64,000 bases of DNA, taken from Callorhinchus milii. Its lineage: Eukaryota. Positions 26,611-39,235 of the stretch are shown piece by piece. The stretch covers positions 90,522,001-90,586,000 of the forward strand of contig NW_024704742.1 of assembly GCF_018977255.1 (NCBI RefSeq), given 5' to 3'. A program made the position numbers and the translations under genes. Under the pieces are notes generated by a model. That model had not been told where the DNA came from and ran no database searches. It worked only from the letters and a program-made list of their open reading frames with translations. Each line of letters starts with the position of its first letter. Positions within the stretch are counted from its first letter, which is position 1.

Positions 26611-28329
26611 CAATACCCTTCTCCCTCAGGTATCATATTGAAAATTGAGTTTGATTGGAGATTAGTATATTTTGTGAGTTTGCAATTCATCCATCCAACA
26701 ATGTTTAGGCCTAGAGCTGGAATGAAATGTAAATGAACATGGTAATACTCAAATGTACACATAAGGGTCTTTCATGAAATAAAGCATTCTTGATCAGTTG
26801 TAATATCAGGTATCAGACACAGTAATACATTACTGAAGGGGGAGCGCAAATGTTCATAGATCAAATTCAGTAGTGCATTATACACGGTAATAGATTAGAT
26901 TACTGTACAGAGATCTGTCTCAGTAATATATGGCCAGCAAGTTGGTGAGCAGATTATGTTATAGAGATCAAATTGGTAAAGCACTGCTGAGATCAGAGCT
27001 GGATTGATCTATTTCATACAGATCAGACTTATTATGTCCTCTATGGCTGACACTTGCAAACAGCACTGACAAAGGAAACGTATGAAGACGTATGCTCCAG
27101 GTGGCTCTCTTCCAGATGCTATCTAAGGTAATTATTTTAATGTTAGCCTAAGGCAATGCATACTACTAGCCGAACAGTTTTCAACTCTTCCACGAATCTG
27201 CCTATCTGCTAGAGTGGGATAAATGCACTCCACAAACCTTTTTCCCCACACATTGATACAGTCGAGTTTGCATCAGTGAAGTCACCTATCGTTATAATCC
27301 AAGTAATGTTAAAATGGCAGCTAGTCCCGGCCATGTTTCATAGTTTTGTACACATTTGAGTATGCGTATTGTTATCACCATATAATGTTATAATTTGTCG
27401 AATGTTATGCAAATTTGCCCTTGTGATTAACAAAAGGTTGAATAATATTATACCGAGGGGTGTAGTACTGCCATAGCAGCTCAGAGCATCGCTCCAGTAC
27501 CTGGAATCCATAACAAAGGTATAGGTGGATGTTCCAATGAGAGTACAAGATGGGTCGATGGGCAGATGCTCCAATAAGAAGAGGCTATCACAATAGAGTA
27601 TTTTTGTGCCTATAATGGCTGTTATTTTGTGATTCAATTTCGAAAATAAAACAGTCAAATATTGATTATGTGTAAAAATTGTAAATACCTTCAGAACAGT
27701 CTGGAAGTGATTGCAAGTGGTTATAAGGGAAGCTCCCCTATTGTTATAGGACATCTAATGTTTTAATTTCTCCAGTCCGACAGAGTACAACATTAAGCAG
27801 ACTCAACTGTAGCAGTAGATTTATGAACATCCTATCTCCGGAACAGAGAACAGTCATCTTGACCTGTAAATATCCCTAGCCTTAGTCATATAAAAATAGA
27901 GTTCCAATAAGGTTCACACAGTGTTTCAATTCAGCGGGGATTTGAAGCCAGACAGAATTATTGGGAGCAATTTAGGGCAAGGCATGCAGATATTTTTGCC
28001 CTCATGTTAGAGAGAGAACTGAAGTCTGTGTGTATGTTTGGGAGGGAGGAAGAGGAGTGGGGAAGAGGGGAGGGAGTCAGGCATCGATTAAGAAAATCTA
28101 TAATTCACACCCTCACTGTATCATTGTGTATAGGTGTCGCAGGTTAAAAAAGATGGCACATGAACTTATGTAGTAAGTAACTGATGTGCAAGATAGGGAT
28201 GGAAGAGTATCACAAGAACATAAGCAACAATTTCTCTGATGAATTGGTCATTAATCTCATGGCTGTTTGTGGGATTACATTGTACAACAAAAATAGCCAC
28301 ATTTTTATCACATCAAAACATCTGAAAAT

Positions 28330-28620
28330 GCTTTACAGTAATTCCTGTCAAGCGTAATGACTCTTTATGTAGGCAACCAACTTGAACACAGAAAGGCCTC
28401 ATAAGTAGCCATGAAGTGAATGACCAATTTTATGCAGGAAATTGTTGCCTTCGACCCCAGAATAAACTTCCTTTCCTTTTGAATAGCATCATGGGATTTT
28501 TAATATCAACCTAAAGAACAGGCAGATGTTTGACATCTTATCCCAGGGACAGCACTCTGAAAAACACAGCACTCCCCCACAAATGTACTGGCAAGTCAAC
28601 CTACATTACATGCTCAAGGT
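28330..28620 (-). mobile_element. Old Deu-domain SINE (AmnSINE1/SacSINE1-like)
   Basis: gaatagcatcatgggatttttaat...ggcagatg...cagcactccc...gtcaacctacattacatgctcaag resembles recalled Deu core. Confidence 0.65.
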
Positions 28621-28870
28621 AACCAACCCACAACCAGGGGTCTAGATGTAAAGCAGCTGCTGTTTTTGTCTCCCTCTTTGAGGAGAATTATCTTGCTTCA
28701 CTCTCAATCTTCACATGTGTGCAAATGAAAAGATGAACATTACAATGTGAGAAATTGTGGCGGTAGTGTGGGGGAGAAAGAAGGAGGAGAATCAACTTCA
28801 TCGCTATTAATGGGGAGGTAGCTGACTTTCAATCACCAATTCACTGCACTATTGCCAGTGTACATTGCAT

Positions 28871-28969
28871 TCTGAAAAAGAGTCGTGGACCCGAAAAGTT
28901 GACTCACTTTCCTTTCTCCATAGATGCTGCCTGACTTGCTGAGTGTTCCCAGCGACTTCTGTTTTTGTT
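28871..28969 (+). mobile_element. Penelope-like element terminal remnant with degenerate hammerhead core
   Basis: ctgaaaaagagtcgtggacccgaaaagtt...tctccatagatgctgcctgacttgctgagt resembles the common chondrichthyan PLE terminal repeat. Confidence 0.7.
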
Positions 28970-30726
28970 ACATTTTAAGTCAAGTCATGCTGTGAAACAT
29001 TATTTTTCATGTAGATTTGTGACATTTAACCTATTATTTAACTGAATTGGGTGTAGATGATACAAACATTGGTGCAACAAGTGGAAAATGCAAAGGCATC
29101 AAGTTTAAAATTCTCACAAACAATGCCAATAATCCAAATAATTTCCTAACAGAAACATGGATAATTCAATTCTTCTGACAAAGATTGGTCATGTACTTGG
29201 ACAAAATAAAAGCATGAACAATTGTATTGTCGTTTCAGATGAAAGAACTGACAACCACTTTCTATAGTTAAAACTTAAGAGAAATTTCTCCTTGTGAAAA
29301 TCAGCACAAAATCAAGACCCCAAATAGTCAATATCAGTTTTCCCAGCAAAGCAGCATTTTGTAAAGAAGTTAGATCTGAATATTTTATACATAAAATATT
29401 AATTGAATCCCTAATTCACTCATACATGCCAACAAATGTCATGTACATTTGAACTTTCCTCACTAACATACGACGATTCAATAGACATTTGTATCACTGA
29501 AAGGGTAAATAATTGTTCAGTACAAAACATGTTTTGATATTCTTTTCTCACAATAATTTGCATTCGACCCAGTTTTGTGGTTCTGTTTTTTTACCTAAAA
29601 AATAAGATACAACTGTAGCTTTGTGCAAAACAGTCCCCAGTTTACATATTAACAATGAAGACTGTCCCCAAACAGCAAGATCTAAGCCATCCAGTTCATT
29701 AACAACCACCCAAGCCTATTATTCTGTTTACTACTTAATAGATATTCACTGCCACAATTCAGGGCTGTGTGCATACAGATTCAATTTGCTCAAATCCCAG
29801 GTGCAGAGTAATCCTGATGGAGATTAACTGAATTTATCTCAGATTTCTTCTGAAAAGCAACACAGCAAGCTTGTCTCTTGATGTTTCTGATGTCATTTCA
29901 GTAAAAACAAAGATACAAATACAGTACTGTCAAAACCTAAGTATAGTTGTTTAATCCTGGTCTCTTCTAACTATTCCTTACCTCTTGTGACAACTTTATT
30001 CAGAAATCTTAAATTATGTTAAATCTGTTTGTTAGAAAGAACACATTATGAATGAACCTTACAGCAGTCTAGCTGCTGGGACTGACAGACTGGAGTACTG
30101 TGAAGAAATCCCAGTCATGATCAATATTTGAAAAGATTAAACACTCCTGAGCATTAGGTCTATCCATCAAAGATTTAATGCATTCATATAGATCACTTGC
30201 ATGCATTTTTCTAAGATAAACTGAAACAGTTGCTCTCTCCCTATCCTCTGAAGCTATAAACTTTTCTATTTATTTTTCTGTGATGTTCGTATTACTAAAG
30301 CAAGCTTTACTGCTACCTTGAAGAAGGGTTTCAATATTGTTTTAATTGTGCGATCAATGTATAGGTTGCTACCTTAACTGAGCTTTGCTTTTTTCCTATC
30401 TCTGAAAATGCAATGCAACGCTAAACTAAAAATAGTTATGTTCAATTTCACATCAACAAAGGACAAAAATACTTCAACATGTTTTCATTGGTTGCTGTAA
30501 AACATTGCATAAATAAAATACCAGCTTGGTAAACAAGCCAATGGTCAAATATTGTGTTCTGCAAAAATACTGCTTTCACATTATCAGGCTTGTTAAAGGG
30601 AAAGTAATGTCTAAAGAGGGAGTACCTTCTGTTCAAAGTATTCTCCCCAGCTATAGTAGAAAACTGTCAGAAAATTATATTCTAACTATTGGAGAGAAGA
30701 AAGCTTATTTTGTTCATTCTTCAAAT

Positions 30727-31545
30727 GTAGACAGGTTAGGTGAGTGGGCAAGAAGGTGGAAGATGGAGTATAATTTGGGGAAGTTATTCACCTAGGTAGC
30801 AAAAATAGAAAAGCGGACTATTTTCTAGAGCGGGAGAGACTAGGTTGTGTTAGTGTTCAGAGGGATTTGGGTGTCCTTGTACACCAGTCACAAAAAGTTA
30901 GTATGCAGGAACAGCAAGCAACACGGAAGGCTAATGCCATGTTGGCGTTCGTTGCAAAAGGGTTAGAGTACAAGAGTAGGGAAGTCTTGCTGCAGTTGTA
31001 TAAGTTCTTGGTGAGACCGCACCTAGAATATTGTGTGCAGTTTTGGTCTCATTTAAGAAAGGACATACTCGCCTTAGAGGGGGGTGCAGCGTAGATTCAC
31101 TAGGTTAGTTCCTGGGATGAGGGGGTTGACCTATGAGGAGAGGTTGAGTAAACCAGGCCTATATTCTCTAGAATATAGAAGAATTAGAGGTGATCTTATA
31201 GAAACCTATAAGATTCTTAAGAGTCTTGAGACTGTTTCCCCAGGTTGGAGAAATTAGGGTCATAGTTCAAAACGGCTGACCCTTAATTTTGAGACTGAGT
31301 TGAGGAAACGTTTCTTCACTCAGAGGGTCGTGAATTTGTAGAGTTCTCTCCTCCAGAAGCCGTAGATGCTCAGTCCTTGAACATATTCAAGACTGAGATT
31401 GATAGGTTTCTGAAGGATAGAGGGATTAAGGGATATGGAGATAGGGCGGGTAAATGGAATTAGGTTAGAAGATCAGCCATGATCTTATTAAATGGCGGGA
31501 CAGGCTCGAGGGGCCAAATGGCCTACTCCTGCTTCTGCGTCTTAT
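30727..31545 (+). mobile_element. CR1 LINE, 5'-truncated, relatively young
   Basis: LYKFLVRPHLEYCVQFWS peptide; 3' end gggccaaatggcctactcctgct. Confidence 0.95.
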
Positions 31546-32115
31546 TTACCATAAGGCATCTTCCATGTACTGCAGGGTTTTTGGTACAACCAGAATTAAA
31601 GAAACAATTATGAGGGCAATATCCCTGTAAGCATTTTGATGTCATGAAATCACAGTAGTGGAGTTTATACGATCTCCCCCTACTCTTGGGAACTTTTAAA
31701 GCTGAGCTTTGCCGGTGGATTTTTAAGCAAAGCAAATAAATAGAATAAAGAAAACTTAGTATTCAAAGAACTTGTGATAACCTGAGCAGATGGCAATGCA
31801 CATGTAGCATGCCAGTGCATTTGAAGAATAAAGACCCTACAAGGTAAATAACAGGAATTTCTTCCTCATTTAGGCATCCTCCTCATCCCAAGAAGGTCTC
31901 ACTAAGTGACAATCAAATCGAGCAGAAGGGAGTTGGGTTTTGAGAGAGCAAAGACGAGAACCCACTAAATTGTACTTTATCTGCAGCTTCCAAATCTTGG
32001 CTACGCAGCACTATCTCTATGTGTACATGTAACTATAACTAATAGTACACATATTGTCCATAGACAATGTGGAGCTATGGATTATATAGAATGTCCCTTT
32101 ACTGGTATCAGAAGA

Positions 32116-32352
32116 AATAATAATAATCTTTACATTTGGAATAGCACCTTTCATGTCAGAGGGATGTCTCCAGGTGCTATACAGGATATATCATAAAGGA
32201 AGTGATGTAAGTTATTTTTGGTGGCGAACGTGGCAGCTACTTTGCGCACAGCAATGTCCCACAAACAGCAATGAAGTGAATGATCAATTTATTTGGGGGA
32301 ATTGTTGGCCAGGACACTGAAAGAAACTCCCTTCTCTTTTTCAATGGAGCCA
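32116..32352 (-). mobile_element. Older Deu-type SINE 3' half
   Basis: gcacagcaatgtcccacaaacagc and attgttggccaggacac...aactccc motifs, (AAT)n tail. Confidence 0.7.
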
Positions 32353-32636
32353 GGGGTTCGTGTAGCTCAGTGGTTAAAGTACTCGCCTTGCAAGCGAGAG
32401 ACCTGGGTTCAATTCCCTGCAGGGCGAAATGTTGTGCAATTTTCCTTACTTCACACGCCTCTGTTTACCTAACAGTAAGTAGGAACCCAGTTGTTAGTCG
32501 ATTGGTGGATCATTTTTCCAGGGATAATAATTCCTTCAAAAAAAAAGTAATAATAATAAATTGGTCATTTCAATTCATGAATGTTTGTGGGACACTGCAG
32601 TTGGCTGCCTCGTTTCACCCACAAAATATACAGTCA
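32353..32636 (+). mobile_element. tRNA-Ala SINE, long subfamily, 3'-truncated
   Basis: tgtagctcagtggtta head, B box ggttcaattcc, central segment present, ends at aaatatacagtca. Confidence 0.9.
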
Positions 32637-32826
32637 TTGCTGGTGCAATCCAGATTCCCATGCATACAAGCAGGAAGCTGGCCGGACAGCCATGACTCTC
32701 TTGCACCTTTCCAGATAGCAAGCACCACTTTGTCTCATGGCTCAAAATTTGCCTATTCATAAGTCACCTAATACTCCTGAAAATATATTACCTCTTTAGT
32801 TGTCCAGAAAAAATAATAGCCATTAC

Positions 32827-33012
32827 CTTAACAAATGTATTGAATTCGTCCACTCTTCCATTAGCAAGAATAAGTTTCTGCTGAATAACCTCCAGAGCCT
32901 GTCCACTCTGCATAGCCAGTCCATGCAGCTGCTGGGACGCTGTGGTTTCAATTTCAGTCATTGCAGATTCAGCTTCAATCACCTTGCTTTTGAGGTTGTG
33001 CAGTTTCTGGTT
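32827..33012 (-). CDS. CNTLN: Centlein coding exon (NQKLHNLKSKVIEAESAMTEIETTASQQL...VDEFNTFVK), 186 nt, phase 0-0
   Basis: tttccatgcatttcAG acceptor, AAG|GTAATG donor; lies inside ORF 32788..33042; ESAM.EIET.AS.QL and EF.TFVK match centlein. Confidence 0.95.
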
Positions 33013-33784
33013 CTGAAATGCATGGAAAGAAATAATAAACACATATCATCAAAACAGATCCTGGAGCATAGATTCAGGGAGGAGGACACAATCTCCACAA
33101 GGCCAACAACAGACTTCCATAGCTTAAATGAAAGGGAATGTTAGGCATTATCTAGAAAGAGTCAAACAGTGAAAATAGGCTAAATTATCAGATTTCATGA
33201 TGGAGGAGATGCTGATCCCTGGATGACTGAGTGGCAAATCAATTGTCCAAAAACCCAGTTTTCCACTCAACTTTCCAATTTTTGATGGAAAACATGTGAG
33301 AAAAACCCTGGAAAATCCCTCTCCACCCACTCAACTGTTAGGATATTTAGATTCACAATGTACATTTGGTGACTCACCAAGAAAACATGTAAATATTTAC
33401 AATATACAGGTAAAGTACTGTGAAATGTTTTTATTCCTTTGTTCTACTCCTCTTTCACTGTCTCTATGGAGAAAAAAAATTTCTACTGCTTCTGCGGCTG
33501 TTTCTAGTTTCTCTTTCTGCTTATTCCCTTCCACTCGTTTTGTTTTGTTTCATTGTTTGCCTTTGGGACCTACTGGAATGTGTAATATGAACAACAATCA
33601 TAACCACAGAGATTATTGGAGAATCTAGGCATCTATTTTGACAGTTATCTGGAAGCAACGGAAAGACAAAACCCAACAGAATACAACGGGCTTCACAGAA
33701 TTTTATGTGGCAAAATCCTTCATTGTTCAATATTAAGCTCAACACTTTCTTGTAACCTATATACTAGATTAGAGCACGCCTTAC

Positions 33785-33922
33785 CTTTTTCTCCAGTTCT
33801 TCAATGGTTCTGTTGTACATTTGCTCATATTGTGACCTTGCTTTTGTTGCCACATTAAGTCTTTGCTTTAGTGATTCTGTGAATGCTTTCCTACTTGAAC
33901 TTTCTTCAGTCAATGTTTTCAC
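33785..33922 (-). CDS. CNTLN: Centlein coding exon (VKTLTEESSSRKAFTESLKQRLNVATKARSQYEQMYNRTIEELEKK), 138 nt, phase 0-0
   Basis: gatttgctgtAG acceptor, AAG|GTAAGG donor; VKTLTEE, SLKQRLNVA and SQYEQMY match centlein. Confidence 0.95.
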
Positions 33923-34436
33923 CTACAGCAAATCAAATGCACACACCTGTTCAGAGAGGTCTTAAAATATTCTTACAATCCTTTAATCAGTTAAAATAAC
34001 TGTATTTCTATTTTATCATTGCTGCATGATTCTACCAATCACAGATGCCATTAGGGTAAAAGGAACAAACACGGAAATTCAATACACATTATTTTTGTAG
34101 CATGCTTTGCTAATATTTTTTAAAAATATAACAAATCATTACTAACCATAGGTTTTTCAGACAAATGGCACACAGCTCTGAAAGCCGGCATATCTTTCAT
34201 TCATAGCAGTTGTGCATGTAGACCTTTCCAAATAGCTAACTTGAAGTTACTACTGGTTTCACTTGCTTTACAAATAGGATTTCATCCTATTCCTTATGAA
34301 GAAATGAAAGGTGCAACATGTCTCTAGCCATTAAGTGCAGAACTTTGACACTTACAATTAAATTTTCCCTATTATAAAACATTCTGTAAAAGTCATGATT
34401 ATCAGCAAGAGTTTTACTGTATTCAGTTTCACCTAT

Positions 34437-34850
34437 TAATAATAAGCCTTGCATTTGCGCCTTATTACATCTTTAAGATGTCTCAAAGCGCTTCACATAA
34501 TAATAATAATTCTTGCATTTGATATAGCGCTTTTCACGTCTTCTAGATGTCTCAAATATACTGTAAAGTGAATTGACCGTATATTTTGTGGGCGAAATGC
34601 GCAGCCAATTGTGCACAACAGCATCCCACAAACAGTCATGGAATGAAGTGACCAATTTTATTTTTAAAAAATTATTACCCCCGGAAAAGAGATCCGCAAA
34701 TCGACCAACAACCAGGTTCCTACCTACTGCTAGGTAAACAGAGGCGTGTGGAGTAAGGAAACTTGCCCAACATTTCGTCCTGCCGGGAATCAAACTCATG
34801 TCAATCACTTACGAGGCGAGTGCTCTAACCACTGAGCTACACTACTCCAC
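34437..34850 (-). mobile_element. tRNA-Ala SINE, long subfamily (34497-34850), with a second SINE tail in tandem (34437-34496)
   Basis: Reverse-complement match to the 2642 copy; two successive tcaaagcgcttcac/gcattt tail motifs. Confidence 0.9.
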
Positions 34851-35361
34851 AAAACATAGTTATTTGTAACATAGTAAATGTAGGTGACAGATGTGGTCTT
34901 ATTTTAGTCATGGGAGTTGATTAGTGCTGGATTGAATCAATGTTTTACTTAGGTTGAGGTTAAGAGGACGCAAACTGGGGTAATGATGTAACATTCATCG
35001 TTATGCTGCCATAAGAACAAAGTACTAGTCTGATGTCCAGATTATGAAATGTTGTAAACTTGTATGGAGAAAGGTAAGAGTGTCATTGTGATAGCTTGAG
35101 TTAAATGAAAGTTGGATAGTGTCTCAAACAGAATGTAGCAAGTGCACAAATTATTGTTCTATTTTCTCACAAGTAAGCTTGAGTAACTGCATCAGTTCAG
35201 GAAGCTCACTTGCTCAGTAAGCAAACACCGGCAAGAGCAATCCCGCTTTCCAGGACAGTAACCTAAGTTTCAAAAGAACGGGCTAAACTTTTGTATAATG
35301 CTAGGTTTAACTTTCATGCTAGAGAAAGGTTCCATCCTGGAATCCCTCTGCCTTGCCTATT

Positions 35362-35690
35362 GTGGAGTCCTGTAGCTCAGTGGTTACAGCACTCGCTTTG
35401 CAAGTGAGAGACCTGAGTTCAATTCCAGGCAGAGGGCGAAACCTTGGGCAAGTTTCCTTACTCCACACAGAGCCTAATAATAATCCCTCCAAAACCAAAA
35501 ACAATAATAAATTGGTCATTTTCAATCTACGACTGTTTGTGGGACATCGCTGTGCGCAATTGGCTGCCGCGTTCGCCCACAAATATACAGTCAATTCACT
35601 TTACAGTGTGTTCTGTGAAGCGCTTTGGGACGTCCTCCCGACGTGAAAAGCGCAATATCAAATGCAAGTATTAATATTATTCTTATTATT
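35362..35690 (+). mobile_element. tRNA-Ala SINE, young short subfamily
   Basis: Almost identical to the reverse complement of 62509-62830 and to 63668-63987; CpGs retained. Confidence 0.95.
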
Positions 35691-36159
35691 ATCTCTCGCT
35701 GCCTTTAAACCTATTTTTTTTATTTTGCTTTTGAATACCTTCACTCTCACCCAAGCTTAGGTCAGTGTTCTATGGCACTTTGAGACATTTTCCCAACATT
35801 AAAGGCACAATATAAATGCAAATTGTTGTTGTTCCTGGGTACAAACTCAGCTAATCTGCTCTTCAGCCATCCACTCAAAGGCATGGTACAACAGGCAAGA
35901 GATAAGTGTGCTATTTGTTTTCTCCTTTACTGTGAGGGAGTGACTGACCTCTGTCAGGCACTTCCCCATTATGACATGGGCAAGATCAGGAACTCAGGAT
36001 CCGCGCCTGTCACTACTTCATAGCACCATACCAACAATTAAGTTCTTATATTTTATGAAATTTAACTTTACAACATAGCTTGATATACAATTCACCTAGA
36101 ATGTCAAATCTTAATGAGTTGATCAATTGTTACTCGTGAAAAATGGTGAAAATAGTTAC

Positions 36160-36286
36160 CTTCATTTCCATATCCGCAAGCAATCCCTTATAAGTATTAT
36201 CATTTTCCTGGTTTGATTTTAGTCTTGATTTCAGATCCTCTACCAGTTGGCGCTTCATAGTAATGTCTCTCTCCATACGTGCAATC
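36160..36286 (-). CDS. CNTLN: Centlein coding exon (K-IARMERDITMKRQLVEDLKSRLK...DMEMK), 127 nt, phase 2-0
   Basis: AG acceptor at 36287-36288 after a pyrimidine tract, AAG|GTAACT donor; completes the split Lys codon; RMERDITMKR matches recalled centlein sequence. Confidence 0.95.
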
Positions 36287-39128
36287 CTTCAGAGAAATGT
36301 AACGAAAAGGCAGATTGTAATTTGTCTTTTTAAATCATTAGTATTGTTTGTATAGCATTAGTTTGTGTTGAAATAATTTTTGTGGAACACAGGACTTCTG
36401 CATGTCATTCATTTATTTTAAAAACATTTTTTAGAATTTCTCATCTTTAGATATAGTATTGCTTATATTAATATTACAACAGGAATTCAAGTGCGATTTT
36501 TCTGGTTATACGTTTTCACTACAAAGATGGAATATCTTTTCCTCTTTCCCTTCTCAAAGTAGGGATATATATCCCGAAAATCTTGCTATTCTGAGGCTGA
36601 AGACCAATATTTTCTAATTTAATATCTTACAGAATTTTGGAAATCAAATCTTAAAAACAGTTTTAATCTGGAAGCAATTTTCCACAGTACCAACATTTTT
36701 TAAAAGTCTGAGAAACCTGGGGAATTTATGGCTCAGATATAGCAGCATTTCTGTCCTTTCTTATAAATAATCAATAAAGGGATCTTGATCAGGAGCAAAT
36801 ACTTTTTGGATCTCTCCAACTGCTTATTCAGCACCATCTTTGATGCAAACACAAATCCTGCTGCAGTCTTGATGTTTGAAAAATATGATTTTGATCGATC
36901 TACTGGTTGTAAATGATTTCCTTCTTGGTTCATTTTCCCTCATAGGAATTGGATTTGATTCTGGCCCTAATCAAATACTCCAATGTCACTCTTGTCACAT
37001 TAGTAACTCTCAAAATCACTGTCTCTCTATTCTTTTGTACTTCAAACAGAACCTATACACTGAAAGCTTTGTATGGCAGAGGATACTAGTCTTAACTATA
37101 TGTTACTGGAAAGACTGTCTTTTGATCGATGTGAATGTTGATTTGGTATAAATCAGAATCTCACAGGGGTGGTCGAATGCTGGAATACAAGGAGCACTCT
37201 GAAATATGGAAGAACAAATTCTCTCATCATCAGAAGTAGCAAGAGCTTATGGCAAGAAAATAACATAAGATACGCCTCAGGGAGGCATTAGCCATAGACC
37301 ATGGATACAATAAGTTACAAGAAACAGTAACAAAAGCTACTTGTTCTCTTTGGGGATTTGAAAGGTTAATCCATTTGTTAAATTTAGGGAATTTGTCTTT
37401 GTGTCCGTGAATATTTCTGCTTGCAAAGATTTGAGATTTTTTGCTGTATGCTTATAGATAACTATAGTGACATTTAAAATGATGAGCAATATTTAATTAT
37501 AAATCTAAATCATTTAGTTATGAATTTATAATTTTAAATGATAAATAAAATTGAATTATAAATATGAAATATTTAGTTACAAATTTGCTGAACTGAGTGA
37601 ATATTGCACAGCACCCCAGGGCATGTTAACACATTCACTAAGTTTAGCAAATGGAGCACAATAACCCTCATCCCTATAAGAATCCTGGTGCTCTTGTAAT
37701 TTCCCTGGTTGCTGTGACTGACTAAACCATAGTTACGTGCAGGTTAATTAGGGAAGAATAAACCACGAGAATTATTATATCATGTACTGAATAACATTGT
37801 AAGAATGGGTCAAGAACCGCTATAATGAACTAGACAGGATAATTGCTCTGAAAATTCATCAAATATTTTGGCCATTCTGATGAAGCTTTAAATGGCTTTT
37901 TTTTAATTTCACTATTCTAGCTGTAATTCTATTCTAGCTGCCCTGAATTCTAATGTCACACATTTTGATATCATAATAATCTTTTTAGTAAATGTCATAG
38001 TTGCAGTATTTGAATTAACAGCAGTGAATAATATGCAAATGGGAATAACTAGCAGAACAGATCTTCTCGATTTTGGACCTGAGGAAGTCAACCATCTCCT
38101 CGCATTTGGAGTTGGAGGAGAGGAATGGAGGGGCATTGGAAAGGTGGGCAACAAAGCTGCTTTAAGGTAGAGGAATTGTCCAATTGTGGTGATTGTGGTG
38201 TGTTTAAACAAGCGACACTCATTCAGACAGATCAAAGATCTTCTATAATGAAAGTTTTTCACTTGAAAGACTGTTTTATATATTTAAAAAATCTGGAGAA
38301 AATAGGCTGCTTTTGTTTTCAAAAAGCAAGTATCATGCTAAACTCTTTGAAAATTCATTTTGGCAAGACGTTGAGCTTGGAGTACCAACTACACAAAGAG
38401 ATAAATAATGATACATTCAATGATTGAATAACAAGTACAAAATTGGCACTGTGCCAAAATAACTCAATAATCCAGTTCTTGTTCAGTCAGTTCAAGAATG
38501 TCTCCGGATTATTATTCTTAAAAGTGTTGAAGTTAAACAAGGATTTAATAATCATGACTAAAATTAGCCAATATAACAGAAATTTAAATGAGGACTTCTA
38601 ACAAAGTCACTGTCTGATAATATCCATCTGGCTGAGCCAGCAGAAAAGATACATCATCAGTAATCTCTTTGCCCACAAAACACAACCACTGCACTTTACA
38701 GTATACCCTGTGAAGTACTTTGGGATATCCTTCTGATGCGAAAGGTGTTAAATCAAATCTACGGATTATTATCTAACTAGAATTTGTTTCACAAACTCAG
38801 ATCAGTTCAGACAATTGAAGTAATTAAATGTAGGTAAAATTGAAGTCTGAAGAATGAAGCTGCCACCAACCCAAGATCTGGAAATCAAATGCTAACCATG
38901 CAGCAAAATAGTTATCAAAGCAAGCAATGTTAAAAACAATACTTGTAATTATATAAGATGTCTTGAAACACTTCACAGATGGAGTGGAAGTCAGAGCAGG
39001 CTGGGAGAGTAGAGAGAGGAAGTTTCATGAAGCGATTTACATTGAGAGTTCTAGAGAATGGGGCAACTCATCGTTCTCCGCCACTGTCAAGCACTCTGGG
39101 ACAATACCCTGTGTGAGGGGCGCTATAG

Positions 39129-39235
39129 AAATAATAATAATCTTTGCATTTCATATAGCGCCTCATCACATCTTCGAGATGTCTCAAAGAGCTTCAGTGG
39201 ATACGCTGTAAAGTGAATTGACTGTATATTTTGTG
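39129..39235 (-). mobile_element. SINE 3' fragment
   Basis: aataataatctttgcatt...gtaaagtgaattgactgtatattt. Confidence 0.8.
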
